Positions 9,295 to 18,740 of a stretch of DNA of 64,000 nt are shown here, piece by piece. The notes under the pieces were generated by a model that did not search any database, was not told the origin of the DNA, and worked only from the letters and a program-made list of their open reading frames with translations. The stretch lies in contig CAVTHS010000004.1 of the NCBI GenBank assembly GCA_963734535.1, positions 128,001 to 192,000 on the forward strand, written 5' to 3'. Position numbers and translations under genes: made by a program. This stretch comes from an uncultured Chloroflexia bacterium. Its GTDB lineage: Bacteria > Chloroflexota > Limnocylindria > Limnocylindrales > CSP1-4. Positions within the stretch are counted from its first letter, which is position 1, and every line of letters begins with the position of its first letter.

Positions 9295-10101
9295 TCACGC
9301 GGCCGCGACGTCGCGCCGGGCGACGCTCATGACGCCGATTCCCGCGAGGACGAGGGAGGGGATGGCGAGCGCCAGGTAGCGCCAGGCCCCCGTCGTGTGC
9401 TCGAGCGGGTCGCCTCCGAACGCCCAGTCCCAGGGCGAGAGATGCTGCCATGGGGCCAGCACGGTGCTGAGCGGGAACAGGGCGACGACGAGGAACCCGG
9501 TCAACGCCACTGCGAGGCCGATGCCCATGACCAGGGACGGCCGGCCCCACAGGCCGGCGATGGCGAGCGCCAGGCTGCCGTGGAACACCGCGAGCAAGGC
9601 ACACAGCGCGATCGTGGAGAGCAGGTAGCTCGACTCCATCTGCAGGCCGACGGCCGCATCCGCCCCGACCTGGACCCCGGTGATCACGGCAGTGATCACC
9701 GCGAGGGCCACCAGCGTGGCGATCGCTCGGCCGAGGAAGACCATCCGGCGATCGACCGGCTGGGCGAGGTAGAGCTCGAGGCGGCCACCTGACTCCTCAC
9801 CCGCCGTCTGGCCGTTCACGAGTATCACGGCCGCGGCGGCGAGCAGCAGCGGCAGGAAGAAGTCGTAGAGGTTGCCGCGCAGGAAGCCCGCGGGGGTGCC
9901 GAAGTCCTCGAGCCCGAATGCTTGCACGACACCCGCCGGGAGCTGGTCGATCGCCGCGGAGATGCCCGACGAGCCCTGGAATGCCGGCCAGAAGGCGACC
10001 GTGATGCCGACGATGCTGGCGAGCCCGACCGACCACCAGAACGTCGCTCGCCGCATGGCTCGCAGGGGCCCCATGACGAGCTCCCGCAGCGGGGCGCTCA
10101 T
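9295..10101 (-). CDS. ABC-2 type transporter permease
   Basis: Multiple TM helices, GEESGGRLELYLAQPVDR motif, C-terminal RRDV; ATGA overlap with ATPase. Confidence 0.88.
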   Translation of the reverse strand: MSAPLRELVMGPLRAMRRATFWWSVGLASIVGITVAFWPAFQGSSGISAAIDQLPAGVVQAFGLEDFGTPAGFLRGNLYDFFLPLLLAAAAVILVNGQTAGEESGGRLELYLAQPVDRRMVFLGRAIATLVALAVITAVITGVQVGADAAVGLQMESSYLLSTIALCALLAVFHGSLALAIAGLWGRPSLVMGIGLAVALTGFLVVALFPLSTVLAPWQHLSPWDWAFGGDPLEHTTGAWRYLALAIPSLVLAGIGVMSVARRDVAAA

Positions 10102-10997
10102 GCGGCACCCGCGTACAGGTCGAGGAAGGCCTCCTCGAGATCCGGCTCCTCGACGAGCATGGAGCTGACGTGGCAGTGGGCGAGCAGGTCGAGGAGCGGC
10201 TGGATCGACCCCGAGAGGGTGGCAGTGAACCGGTGGCCGTCGATGATCGGGTCGACGACGCCGGACAGCGAGCGGAGCTCGGCCGCAGGCGCCTCGTCCT
10301 CGAACCAGACCTCGATCCGCTGGCGTGCGCGCCCCCGCAGCTCGGCCACCGAACCCTCCGCCACGACCTTGCCCGCCCGCAGGACGGCCACGCGGTCGGC
10401 CGCCCGCTGGACCTCGGAGAGGACGTGAGAGGAGAGGAAGACGGTCGCCCCGGCGGCGCGGGCCTCGCGGACGAGGACCAGGAACTCGTGCTGGATCAAC
10501 GGGTCGAGACCGCTCGTGGGCTCGTCGAGGACGAGAAGCTCGGCGTCAGCGAGGAAGGCGAGGAGCAAGGCGACCTTGCGCCGGTTGCCGCTCGAGAGGT
10601 CGCGCAGCGGACGGTGCAGGTCCAGCTTGAGGCGCTCAGCGAGCCCGTCGCGCCGGGCTGCATCGAAGCCGCCCCGCAGCCGCCCGATGCTCGCGACGAG
10701 CTCCATGCCGGACAGCCGCTCGGGAAGCCGCAGCTCGCCCGGCAGGTAGGCGAGCCGGCGGCGCAGGGCTACCCCGTCGCGCGTCGAATCCAGCCCGAAG
10801 GCGCCGATCCGGCCGGCAGTCGGCCGCAGCAGACCGAGCAGACAGCGGATGGTCGTACTCTTGCCCGCGCCGTTCGGCCCGAGGAAGCCATAGACCTCGC
10901 CCCGGCGCACCTCGAGGTCGATCCCGCGCACGGCCTCGACCTTCCCGTAGTGCTTGACGAGGCCGTCGATCCTGACGACAACGTCGGTCTCGCTCAT
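10098..10997 (-). CDS. ABC transporter ATP-binding protein
   Basis: Walker A GPNGAGKST, LSSGN, LVLDEPTSGLDP, SSH. Confidence 0.93.
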   Translation of the reverse strand: MSETDVVVRIDGLVKHYGKVEAVRGIDLEVRRGEVYGFLGPNGAGKSTTIRCLLGLLRPTAGRIGAFGLDSTRDGVALRRRLAYLPGELRLPERLSGMELVASIGRLRGGFDAARRDGLAERLKLDLHRPLRDLSSGNRRKVALLLAFLADAELLVLDEPTSGLDPLIQHEFLVLVREARAAGATVFLSSHVLSEVQRAADRVAVLRAGKVVAEGSVAELRGRARQRIEVWFEDEAPAAELRSLSGVVDPIIDGHRFTATLSGSIQPLLDLLAHCHVSSMLVEEPDLEEAFLDLYAGAA

Positions 10998-13024
10998 CCC
11001 TCGACCTCCCCAGCTGCGATCTCGCTCCCGAGGAGCGCCTCGAGCGGCTCGCGGGCCCCGGGGGCGCAGAAGACCGTCAGGCGATCGCCCGCCCGGAGCG
11101 TGACGTCCCCGCGGGGCACGATGACCCGATCGCCGCGCAGGATCGAGACGAGCACGCTGTCCCTTGGCCAGGCCGCCTCCTCGACCATCCTTCCGGCGAG
11201 GACCGACGAAGGCGCGACCTCGGATTCGAGGAGCGTCCCGGTGGACCCCACTGCCCGCACCTGGCGCACGTTGGCGGCGAGGGCGCGGCGATAGGCACCC
11301 ACCACGTCGCGCGCCGAGATGGTCCCCGCCAGCCGGTCGCCGGCCACGACGGGAGCCCATGAGCGGTGCGCGTCGGCGAGGAGCCCGAGGACGTCGTCGA
11401 GCGGATCGTCGGCCTCGACGATCGGGCCGTCCGGGCCGAGCTCCCCGACCGCAACGGCCGGGTCCGCCGCGACGAGGCTCGCGAGGTCGAGGCTGCCACG
11501 CACGGTGCCGTCCCGGTCGACGACGGGGGCGCCGGGCACGCCCGCGGCCTCGAGGCGTGCGCGCCCGACCCCGGCCATCTCGTCGGCGCGCAACACGGCG
11601 CGCGGGGCCCGCGTCGCGTCGCTGGCCGGGATCGCCCCCATCAGGGGCAGCGCGAACCGGAACCGGTGCGCCGACGACTCGGCCCGGCTGCGGAGCTGCG
11701 AGGTGTAGATCGAGCGGTCGCCGACGATGAGCGTGGCGAGGCCGATCGCGAGCATCGCCGGACCGAGCATCGCGAGGCTGTCGGTCATCTCGGCGACCAT
11801 GAGCATCACCGCCAGCGGCGCATGGGCGATGCTCCCGAAGAGCGCCATCATCGCCACGATCACGAAGGTCGACGGATCGACCGGGACGCCCGGGGCGATC
11901 GGCTCGAGGAGGCGCCAGATCCCGGCGCCGAGGAGGCCGCCGATGACCATCCCGGGGCCGAAGATCCCGCCCGACCCGCCGGAGCCGACCGAGAGCGAGG
12001 TCGCCAGGATCTTGGCGAACGGGAGGACGAGGACCACCCACAGCGGGAGGCCGAGCAGCGTCGTCCGATCCAGCCCGGCCTGGACCCAGCCGTAGCCGGT
12101 GCCGAGCGCGCCGGGGAGGGCGATCCCGATGCACCCGACGCCGAACCCCGCGATCGCCGGCCGCAGCTCGCGTGGGATCGACCAACCCGCGAACCAGCGG
12201 GTCAGGCCGTAGAAGCCGCCGATGTAGAGCCGGCCCACGAGCCCCGCGGCGACGCCGATCAGCGCGTAGTAGGCGAGCTGGCGCGGATCGGTGAACCCGG
12301 CGCCGGCAACGCGGCCGAAGATCGGAGCGAAGCCGACGAGCGCCCCGAAGATCGAGAACGCGACGATCGACGCGACGAAGGCCGGCACGAGAGCCTCGGA
12401 CTCGACGTCCTCGCGATACGGGATCTCGGCGGCGAGAACCGCACCGCCGAGCGGGGCGCGGAAGATCGCGCCGATCCCGGCGCCCATGCCGCTGCTGACC
12501 GCGATTCGCGCATCGCGGGCGTCGAGGTCGAGGACGCGGGCGAGGAACGACCCGAACCCGGCCCCGATCTGGGCCGTCGGGCCCTCGCGGCCACCCGAGC
12601 CGCCCGATCCGATCGTGATGGCCGAGGCGACGAGCTTGACGAGCGGGATCCGCGCGCGGATCCGGCGTGCCCCGTGGTGGAAGGCTGCGATCGCGGCGTC
12701 CGTGCCGTGGCCCTCGGCCTCGGGCGCGAGGCGGAACACGATGATCCCCGAGAGGAGACCGCCGAGCCCGACGACGAACGGAAGCGCCCACGGCCGGGCG
12801 GCGTCCGTGATCGGCTGCGCGCCCTCCCCGAGCGGCGAGGCCGGCACGAGCCCCGCGAGCGTGCCGAGGAAGAACCGGGTCCCGGCCTCGAGCGCGAGGA
12901 AGAAGAGCGCGGCCCCGAGGCCGCTGATGACCCCGATGACCGCCCCGAGCACGACCCACTTGCGGAGGTACGCAGCCGAGCGAACCTGACGCCGGAGTCT
13001 CCGCAGGAGGAGGGCGCCGCTCAC
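10994..13024 (-). CDS. ClC chloride channel/antiporter with CBS and TrkA-C domains
   Basis: GHGT, GREGP (gating Glu), GGSGGIFGP motifs; CBS pair; IVPRGDVTLRAGDRL TrkA-C; GTGA overlap with MarR stop. Confidence 0.9.
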   Translation of the reverse strand: MSGALLLRRLRRQVRSAAYLRKWVVLGAVIGVISGLGAALFFLALEAGTRFFLGTLAGLVPASPLGEGAQPITDAARPWALPFVVGLGGLLSGIIVFRLAPEAEGHGTDAAIAAFHHGARRIRARIPLVKLVASAITIGSGGSGGREGPTAQIGAGFGSFLARVLDLDARDARIAVSSGMGAGIGAIFRAPLGGAVLAAEIPYREDVESEALVPAFVASIVAFSIFGALVGFAPIFGRVAGAGFTDPRQLAYYALIGVAAGLVGRLYIGGFYGLTRWFAGWSIPRELRPAIAGFGVGCIGIALPGALGTGYGWVQAGLDRTTLLGLPLWVVLVLPFAKILATSLSVGSGGSGGIFGPGMVIGGLLGAGIWRLLEPIAPGVPVDPSTFVIVAMMALFGSIAHAPLAVMLMVAEMTDSLAMLGPAMLAIGLATLIVGDRSIYTSQLRSRAESSAHRFRFALPLMGAIPASDATRAPRAVLRADEMAGVGRARLEAAGVPGAPVVDRDGTVRGSLDLASLVAADPAVAVGELGPDGPIVEADDPLDDVLGLLADAHRSWAPVVAGDRLAGTISARDVVGAYRRALAANVRQVRAVGSTGTLLESEVAPSSVLAGRMVEEAAWPRDSVLVSILRGDRVIVPRGDVTLRAGDRLTVFCAPGAREPLEALLGSEIAAGEVEG

Positions 13025-13447
13025 CGGAACGGCTCGAACGATCGGGCCAGCCTGGCGATTGCCCCGACCTCGGCCGGCGTCATCGGCCCCGCTCCGATCA
13101 CCGCGGCGAGGTCGCGCCGGCGGTGGTCGAGCACCTGCGTGCGCATCGCCTGGCCGGCCTCGGTCAGGCCGACCCGTGTGACGCGGCCGTCGGTGGCGTC
13201 CCGTGCCGTCCACACGACGCCGCGACGCTTCAGGCGCGACACGAGCCGGCTTGCCGGCGACTCGTTCGCCCCGATCCGCGATGCGATCTCTCCGACGGTC
13301 GCGCCGCCCGGGATGCTCACCGACGATGAGCAGCACGCGCCACTGCACGAACGTCAGGTCGGCACCCGCCGCGGCGATCGCCCGCTCGGTCATCGCCACC
13401 GCGCCCACGACGAGGCGCTCGAGCAGGTCGATCGGCAGTTCGGGCAC
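13021..13447 (-). CDS. MarR-family regulator (frameshift near 13310)
   Basis: LTFVQWRVLLIV in one frame, then TVGEIASRIG..ASRLVSRLKRRG..DGRVTRVGLTEAG in another. Confidence 0.8.
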
Positions 13448-13464
13448 GTCCTCATCATATCCCA

Positions 13465-13488
13465 GATAGGTTCCATGTGGAACCTATC
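13465..13488. promoter_or_regulatory. Perfect palindromic operator, probable MarR site
   Basis: GATAGGTTCCA-tg-TGGAACCTATC just upstream of the -10 TATGAT (13459-13454) of marR. Confidence 0.7.
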
Positions 13489-13769
13489 CACTCCCCACAC
13501 GATCGACACCGCCGCCGCGGCACGCGTGGGGAGTGGGATCGCGATCTCGATCAGCAGGAACGCCGCACCGATCGGGCCGAAGGCGACGAGATCGCACACG
13601 ACTGCTGTGGTCGAATCTCGCGTTTCATGGGCCGAGGACCACTTCGCCCGACGGTCCGCCGTCAAGGTAGACTCCCCGCCTGAAGCACCGGGTTGAGCGG
13701 CCGGGTTCCGTGTCGCCACCGGGGCATGGACGTGCCAGGCCGGACGCGACCTGGCTGGGGGGTTGCCCG

Positions 13770-14030
13770 ATGAGCGGATCTGACCAGGACCACATGGGCT
13801 CGTTCGCGGACGGCGAGCGGACCACCCCGCATGCTGCTGCCGACGACGCGCCGGGCCACTTCAGCGAGGGACAGGAGACCGCCCACGCGGAGCATCTCCG
13901 GATGGGGTCGTTTGCCGACACCTCATGCGCGGGGTGCGTCGCGATCGAGAGCGCGCACGCCGAGCACGTCCGAAAGGGCACCTTCGCCGACACCAGCTGC
14001 CCGAAGTGCCAGGTGATGCCCGCGGGGTAG
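13770..14030 (+). CDS. Small His/Cys-rich repeat protein (86 aa)
   Basis: Internal repeats GSFAD/GHFSE/GSFAD/GTFAD and AHAEHxRxGxFADTSCxxC x2; G-rich RBS; TAGACT -10 at 13668. Confidence 0.65.
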   Translation: MSGSDQDHMGSFADGERTTPHAAADDAPGHFSEGQETAHAEHLRMGSFADTSCAGCVAIESAHAEHVRKGTFADTSCPKCQVMPAG

Positions 14031-14063
14031 GCCGCCAGCAGGTTGATCCAGATGTCGGGGCGG

Positions 14064-15134
14064 TCACCCCGGGAGACTGAACCACACGCGCGTCACGCCG
14101 TCGGCTGACTCCGCCCCGACCCTGCCGCCGTGGCCTTCCACGAGCTGCTTCACGATCGACAGGCCGATGCCGGCGCCACCCCGTTCCCGGTCCCGCGACT
14201 TCTCGACGCGGTAGAACCGCTCGAAGACATGCGGCAGGGCGTCGGCAGGGATGCCATCCCCACTCGTCGTAACGGAGACGAGGATGTCGGCCGGCCGCCG
14301 CTCCGCCCGGATGCCGACCTGCCCTCCGGGCGTGCTGTACCGAACGGCGTTCTGGAGCAGGTTGCCCAGGACCTGCGCAAGCTGGTCGGGGTTGCCGCGG
14401 GCCGGCAGCCGCGCCGGCACCGCAAGGGTGATCTCGAGCCCGGACGCTCGAGCCGCCGGCAGGACGAGCTCGACGGCGGAGCGGATTGCGATCGCGAGGT
14501 CCACGTCGACCGGCGCCGGCGGTCCGGCAGCGTCCCCGTCGGCCAGGGTGTCGAGCCCCCGGGAGAGGCGGACGAGGCGCTCCGTCTCCTCCCAGAGCGA
14601 CTCGAACGTGGCCCGATCAGGTGGGATGACCCCATCCCGCAGGGCCTCGAGATATCCCTTGAGGTTGGTCAGCGGGGTCCGGAGCTCGTGGGCCGCGTTC
14701 GCGATGAACTCGCGGCGCATGCGCTCCTGCTCCTCGAGTGAGGCCGCCATCTGGTTGAACGAGTCGGCCAGGCTGAGGATCTCCTCGGGCCCCCGCCGAT
14801 CGATGCGCGACTCGTAGCGGCCCTCGGCGATCCTGCGCGCCGCTGCCCCGATCTCCCGCAGGGGCCGGACCAGGCGGGCGGCGATCACCGCGGCGAGCGC
14901 GATCGCGGCCACCACCGCGACGGACGCAGCGACCAGAACCACCTGGACCACCGAGCTCTGGAACATCGCGTCGCTCGATGCCGTGCTGATGCCGTGGCTC
15001 GCCATCAGGGCCGCGAACGACTGCGAGCCGACCACGATCACGCCGGCGGCCAGGATGAGCAGGGCAACCCCGGCGACGAGGATCGCCGCCGCTGCGATGC
15101 GCAGCGCGACCCCGCCGCGTATCCGTCGGCTCAC
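14064..15134 (-). CDS. Sensor histidine kinase (HAMP-HisKA-HATPase)
   Basis: Two TM helices, HAMP, AHELRTPL, NLLQNAVRY, FERFYR, GAGIGLSI; GTGA overlap with regulator. Confidence 0.93.
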   Translation of the reverse strand: MSRRIRGGVALRIAAAAILVAGVALLILAAGVIVVGSQSFAALMASHGISTASSDAMFQSSVVQVVLVAASVAVVAAIALAAVIAARLVRPLREIGAAARRIAEGRYESRIDRRGPEEILSLADSFNQMAASLEEQERMRREFIANAAHELRTPLTNLKGYLEALRDGVIPPDRATFESLWEETERLVRLSRGLDTLADGDAAGPPAPVDVDLAIAIRSAVELVLPAARASGLEITLAVPARLPARGNPDQLAQVLGNLLQNAVRYSTPGGQVGIRAERRPADILVSVTTSGDGIPADALPHVFERFYRVEKSRDRERGGAGIGLSIVKQLVEGHGGRVGAESADGVTRVWFSLPG

Positions 15135-15856
15135 GGTTCGGGCGCGGACGGCGCCGCCCGGTACCCGACGCCGCGCACCGTCGCGACATAGCGGGGGCGG
15201 TTGGGATCGTCGCCCAGCTTCTGGCGGAGCCGCCGAACGTGCACGTCGATCGTGCGGTCCAGGACCTCCGAGTCTCCGTGTCCGTAGACCGCGTCGAGCA
15301 GCTGGTCGCGGGTGAGAACCCGGCCGCCGGCGGCGAGCACTGCTGTGAGCAGGCGGAACTCGACGGCCGTCAGCGCGACCGGCCGCCCGGCGACAGTCAC
15401 CTCGTGGCGATCGGGGTCGACGACAAGGTCGCCGAGCCGCAGCGGCTCCGATGGCGGGCTCGACCCCACCTCCGATCCCGCCCGCCCCGTGCGCTCGAGA
15501 ATCCGCCGGACCCGGAGCACGAGCTCGGCGGGCGAGAATGGCTTTGGCAGGTAGTCGTCGGCGCCCTCGGTGAGCCCGGCGATGCGATCGGCGGTGGTCC
15601 CCCGGGCGGAGAGGACCAGGATCGGGGTCGGGTCCGTGCGGCGGACCGCCCGGATCACCGCCAGGCCATCGATCTCGGGCAGCATGAGATCGAGAACCAC
15701 GAGCGCAGGCGCCTCGAGGGCAATGGCTGCGAGTGCGCTCCGCCCGTCGGCTGCCTCGACCACGCGGAGTCCCTCGCGTTCGAGGTACGTCCGCACGAGG
15801 CGGACGATCTTCGGATCGTCGTCGACGACGAGGATGGGTGCCGGGCCAGTCGTCAC
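15131..15856 (-). CDS. OmpR/PhoB-family response regulator
   Basis: VVDDD, LDLMLP, GADDYLPKPF, recognition helix DRTIDVHVRRLRQKL, TVRGVGY. Confidence 0.95.
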   Translation of the reverse strand: MTTGPAPILVVDDDPKIVRLVRTYLEREGLRVVEAADGRSALAAIALEAPALVVLDLMLPEIDGLAVIRAVRRTDPTPILVLSARGTTADRIAGLTEGADDYLPKPFSPAELVLRVRRILERTGRAGSEVGSSPPSEPLRLGDLVVDPDRHEVTVAGRPVALTAVEFRLLTAVLAAGGRVLTRDQLLDAVYGHGDSEVLDRTIDVHVRRLRQKLGDDPNRPRYVATVRGVGYRAAPSAPEP

Positions 15857-15956
15857 GCGGCCATCCTATGTCAGACAGTGGGGCTCGCAACCGGGCATCG
15901 ACAGCCGGAAGCGGCGGCCGGCGCCGCCGCTTCCCAGCCGACGTGGATCGGGTTGG

Positions 15957-17054
15957 CTACGAAGCCGCCAGGCCGCCCGAGCCGGACGGCAGCCCGGGGG
16001 TGCTTCCGGTCGAGGTCAGGCTGCCGCCCGGACCGATCCGGAACGAATCGATCGCGCCGGCCCCAACGTCGACGACGTAGAGGAAGCGCCCATCACCGCT
16101 CACCGATGCGTCGAGGAGCGGCGCTGTGGACGAACCGCCCGCGGTGGCGTTGACCAGCGTGAGGCTGCCATCGGCGGCGATGGCATAGGAGGAGATCCGG
16201 GCAGGGCTGTGGGCGTCGATCGTGAACGCATAGCGACCGTCTGGTGTGAGGGTCACCCAGCAGGCCGCCTGCTGACCGTTGGCGATCGAGGCCGAGATCA
16301 CGCTCGGCACGCCTCCGCGCGAGACCGCGTAGGAGGACAGCGCACTGCCGGCCGCCTCGGTGACGAACAGCCGGCCGCGACCGTCGAAGGCGAAGCCGTA
16401 CGGGGCAGCGCCTGCCGAGGCATGAACGCTCGGGGGACCGGCGATCCCGAAGAAGCCGACGCGGTAGGTGACGAGCTCACCGGCGCCCTTCTCGGTGACC
16501 ACGAGCACGCGGCCGTCGGGTCCGAAGGCGATCTGCTCGGGCGAGGTCCCCGCTCCGCTCAGCGGCTGGATCGAACCGGGGAGCGCAACGAGGTGCCGGC
16601 CGATCCGGGCGAAGCCTGCGATGTTGCCGCTGCCCCCGGCGTCGAGCACGTACAGGATGGGACCGTGGAGCGTGACGCTGATCGGGCTGGTGCCCCCGGA
16701 TGCAATGCTGTCGGCGAGGTGCAGGTCGCCCTTTGGCCCGACGGCGAAGAGCGCCACGTCATTGCTGCCGGCATCGACGGCGGCCAGCCACCGACCATCG
16801 GCGCTGAGCGTCACCGCGCCCTGGGAGCCGAGACCGACGCCCGTGCCCAGGCCGCCGGTCGGGAAGGTTCCGCGCAGGCTGAGGCTGCCATCAGCCATTC
16901 GCGCATAGGCCAGGACGGCATTGCCGGCCGCCGAGTTGGTCATCGTGTAGACGGTTTCGCCGCCATCGAAGTCGTGCGCGGCAACCGTCACGGGAACGCT
17001 GAAGGACAGTAGGGCGGCAAGGAGTCCGAGTCCTGCCATCAACCTGCGACGCAT
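15957..17054 (-). CDS. Secreted beta-propeller, lactonase (6-phosphogluconolactonase-like) family
   Basis: GGAG RBS, signal peptide, VYTMTN..GNAV, LGSQGA, repeated xDGRxL blades, AACW. Confidence 0.85.
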   Translation of the reverse strand: MRRRLMAGLGLLAALLSFSVPVTVAAHDFDGGETVYTMTNSAAGNAVLAYARMADGSLSLRGTFPTGGLGTGVGLGSQGAVTLSADGRWLAAVDAGSNDVALFAVGPKGDLHLADSIASGGTSPISVTLHGPILYVLDAGGSGNIAGFARIGRHLVALPGSIQPLSGAGTSPEQIAFGPDGRVLVVTEKGAGELVTYRVGFFGIAGPPSVHASAGAAPYGFAFDGRGRLFVTEAAGSALSSYAVSRGGVPSVISASIANGQQAACWVTLTPDGRYAFTIDAHSPARISSYAIAADGSLTLVNATAGGSSTAPLLDASVSGDGRFLYVVDVGAGAIDSFRIGPGGSLTSTGSTPGLPSGSGGLAAS

Positions 17055-17104
17055 ACGGCGAAATCTCCTCGAGTCTGCCCGGAGACGCCTCCGGGTCGGC
17101 CCCG

Positions 17105-17158
17105 AGCGTGTTCCATCGGGATGACGTCGGAATGACGGCCTCGTGTCGGATCGATGAC
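17105..17158 (-). promoter_or_regulatory. Four-unit 11-bp-period OmpR/PhoB-type box array plus -10
   Basis: Plus-strand ATGAC at 17121, 17132, 17154 and GTGTC at 17143; minus-strand CACGCT at 17110-17105. Confidence 0.7.
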
Positions 17159-17215
17159 GACTGCGCGAGCTGTCGACGACTGCAAGCCGCGCGATGAGTG
17201 CGTCGTGCGACGCAT

Positions 17216-17247
17216 GGTCGCTCGCGGTCGCTCGCGGTCGCTCGCGG
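17216..17247. repeat. 10-bp tandem repeat (GGTCGCTCGC x3)
   Basis: Three exact consecutive copies in intergenic DNA. Confidence 0.75.
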
Positions 17248-17423
17248 CCGCCCGCGGCAAGGGATGCAGCGTCGGCCTCGGCGATCAGCGGGTCGCGTGA
17301 TCCGTATGACCACGCGGCGCCGGCGACCTCGTTGGCGCGGATCTCCGGCCCAACCATCGCGCACGAATTGGCGGGTCCAAACGGGAACTTTCCTCCACAG
17401 GGACTGCCCGTCATCATCGTTCG

Positions 17424-18740
17424 GTGAGTCAGGCAATCCCGGCGATCGACCGACTCCTCGCTCCATTCCGCGAGTTCACCAGCAGCAGCGCCGCAAGCGG
17501 GATCCTGCTGATGGCCGCGGCCGTCATCGCGCTGCTCTGGGCCAACTCGCCACTCGCCTTCTCCTACGTCGCGCTCTGGGACACGCATCTCACGATCGGC
17601 GTCGGCGACGCGGTGCTATCGAAGACCCTCGGACATTGGATCAACGACGGCCTGATGGCGGTCTTCTTCTTCGTCGTCGGTCTCGAGATCAAGCGCGAAG
17701 TCCTCGTCGGCGAGCTCGGGTCGGTTCGCCGCGCAGCACTCCCGATCGCGGCTGCGCTTGGTGGGGCGCTCGTGCCCGCGCTCGTCTTCCTTCTCATCGC
17801 CGGGTCCGGCGAGGGCGCTCGCGGCTGGGCCATCCCGATGGCGACCGACATCGCATTCGCCCTCGGGGTGCTCGCCCTGCTCGGCGATCGTATCCCGATC
17901 GGCCTTCGCGTCTTCATGGCTGCCCTGGCCATCGTCGACGATCTGCTGGCAGTCGTGATCATCGGCCTCTTCTACACGTCCGACGTCTCCGTCACCGCGC
18001 TCGCCGCGGCGGGAGGTTGTCTCGCAGCGCTCGCCGCAGCGAACGTGCTCGGGGTCCGCCGGCCGGCCGTCTACGGCGTGCTCGGGCTCGCGCTCTGGCT
18101 GGCGATCCTCCAGTCGGGCGTGCACGCGACGATCGCGGGTGTGCTCCTCGCCTTGACGATCCCGGCTCGAACCAGGCTCGACAGCGCCGACTTCGCGGCT
18201 CGTGCCCGACGGATCGTGGATCACCTGGTTCGGCGCGAGAACAGCGACGAGCCGGCAACCATGGAAGAGCACCACGACGCCCTCTGGGACCTGGAGACGA
18301 TCACCGAGCGTGCCCAGGCGCCGATGCTCCGATTCGAGCATGCGCTCCAGCCCTGGGTGGCCTTCGTCGTCGTCCCGATCTTCGCGCTGGCCAATGCGGG
18401 CGTCGCGTTGGGCGGCAGCGTCGGGACGATGCTCGGCGATCCTGTCGTCCTGGGTGTCGCGATCGGTCTGATCGCGGGCAAGCAGGTCGGCATCACGACG
18501 GCGACCCTGCTGGTCGTGCGAGCTGGTCTCGCATCGCTGCCTTCAGGCGTGACCATGAAGCACATCTATGGTGCGGCCTGGCTTGGCGGCATCGGCTTCA
18601 CGATGAGCCTGTTCATCAGCGACCTGGCCTTTGGCGGCGGGCCGATCCTCGCGCTCGCGAAGGTCGGGATCCTGGTCGCATCGGTCGTCGCCGGCGTGGG
18701 CGGTTACCTGATCCTGCGGTACGCGACCCGGGTCCGCTAG
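17424..18740 (+). CDS. nhaA: Na+/H+ antiporter NhaA
   Basis: WINDGLMAVFFFVVGLEIKRE, GWAIPMATDIAF, LAIVDD, SGVHATIAG, PIFALANAG, GIGFTMSLFI. Confidence 0.96.
   Translation: MSQAIPAIDRLLAPFREFTSSSAASGILLMAAAVIALLWANSPLAFSYVALWDTHLTIGVGDAVLSKTLGHWINDGLMAVFFFVVGLEIKREVLVGELGSVRRAALPIAAALGGALVPALVFLLIAGSGEGARGWAIPMATDIAFALGVLALLGDRIPIGLRVFMAALAIVDDLLAVVIIGLFYTSDVSVTALAAAGGCLAALAAANVLGVRRPAVYGVLGLALWLAILQSGVHATIAGVLLALTIPARTRLDSADFAARARRIVDHLVRRENSDEPATMEEHHDALWDLETITERAQAPMLRFEHALQPWVAFVVVPIFALANAGVALGGSVGTMLGDPVVLGVAIGLIAGKQVGITTATLLVVRAGLASLPSGVTMKHIYGAAWLGGIGFTMSLFISDLAFGGGPILALAKVGILVASVVAGVGGYLILRYATRVR

Noticed and set aside
10994-13447. Apparent fusions: MarR-ClC, aldolase-kinase (24295-26811), DUF4395-CysE
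   Set aside because: Artefacts of frameshifts and GC-rich read-through; each gene has its own start and stop.
17340-17423. nhaA-associated Na+/Li+ riboswitch
   Set aside because: No motif I could recognise; a covariance search would be needed to exclude it fully.
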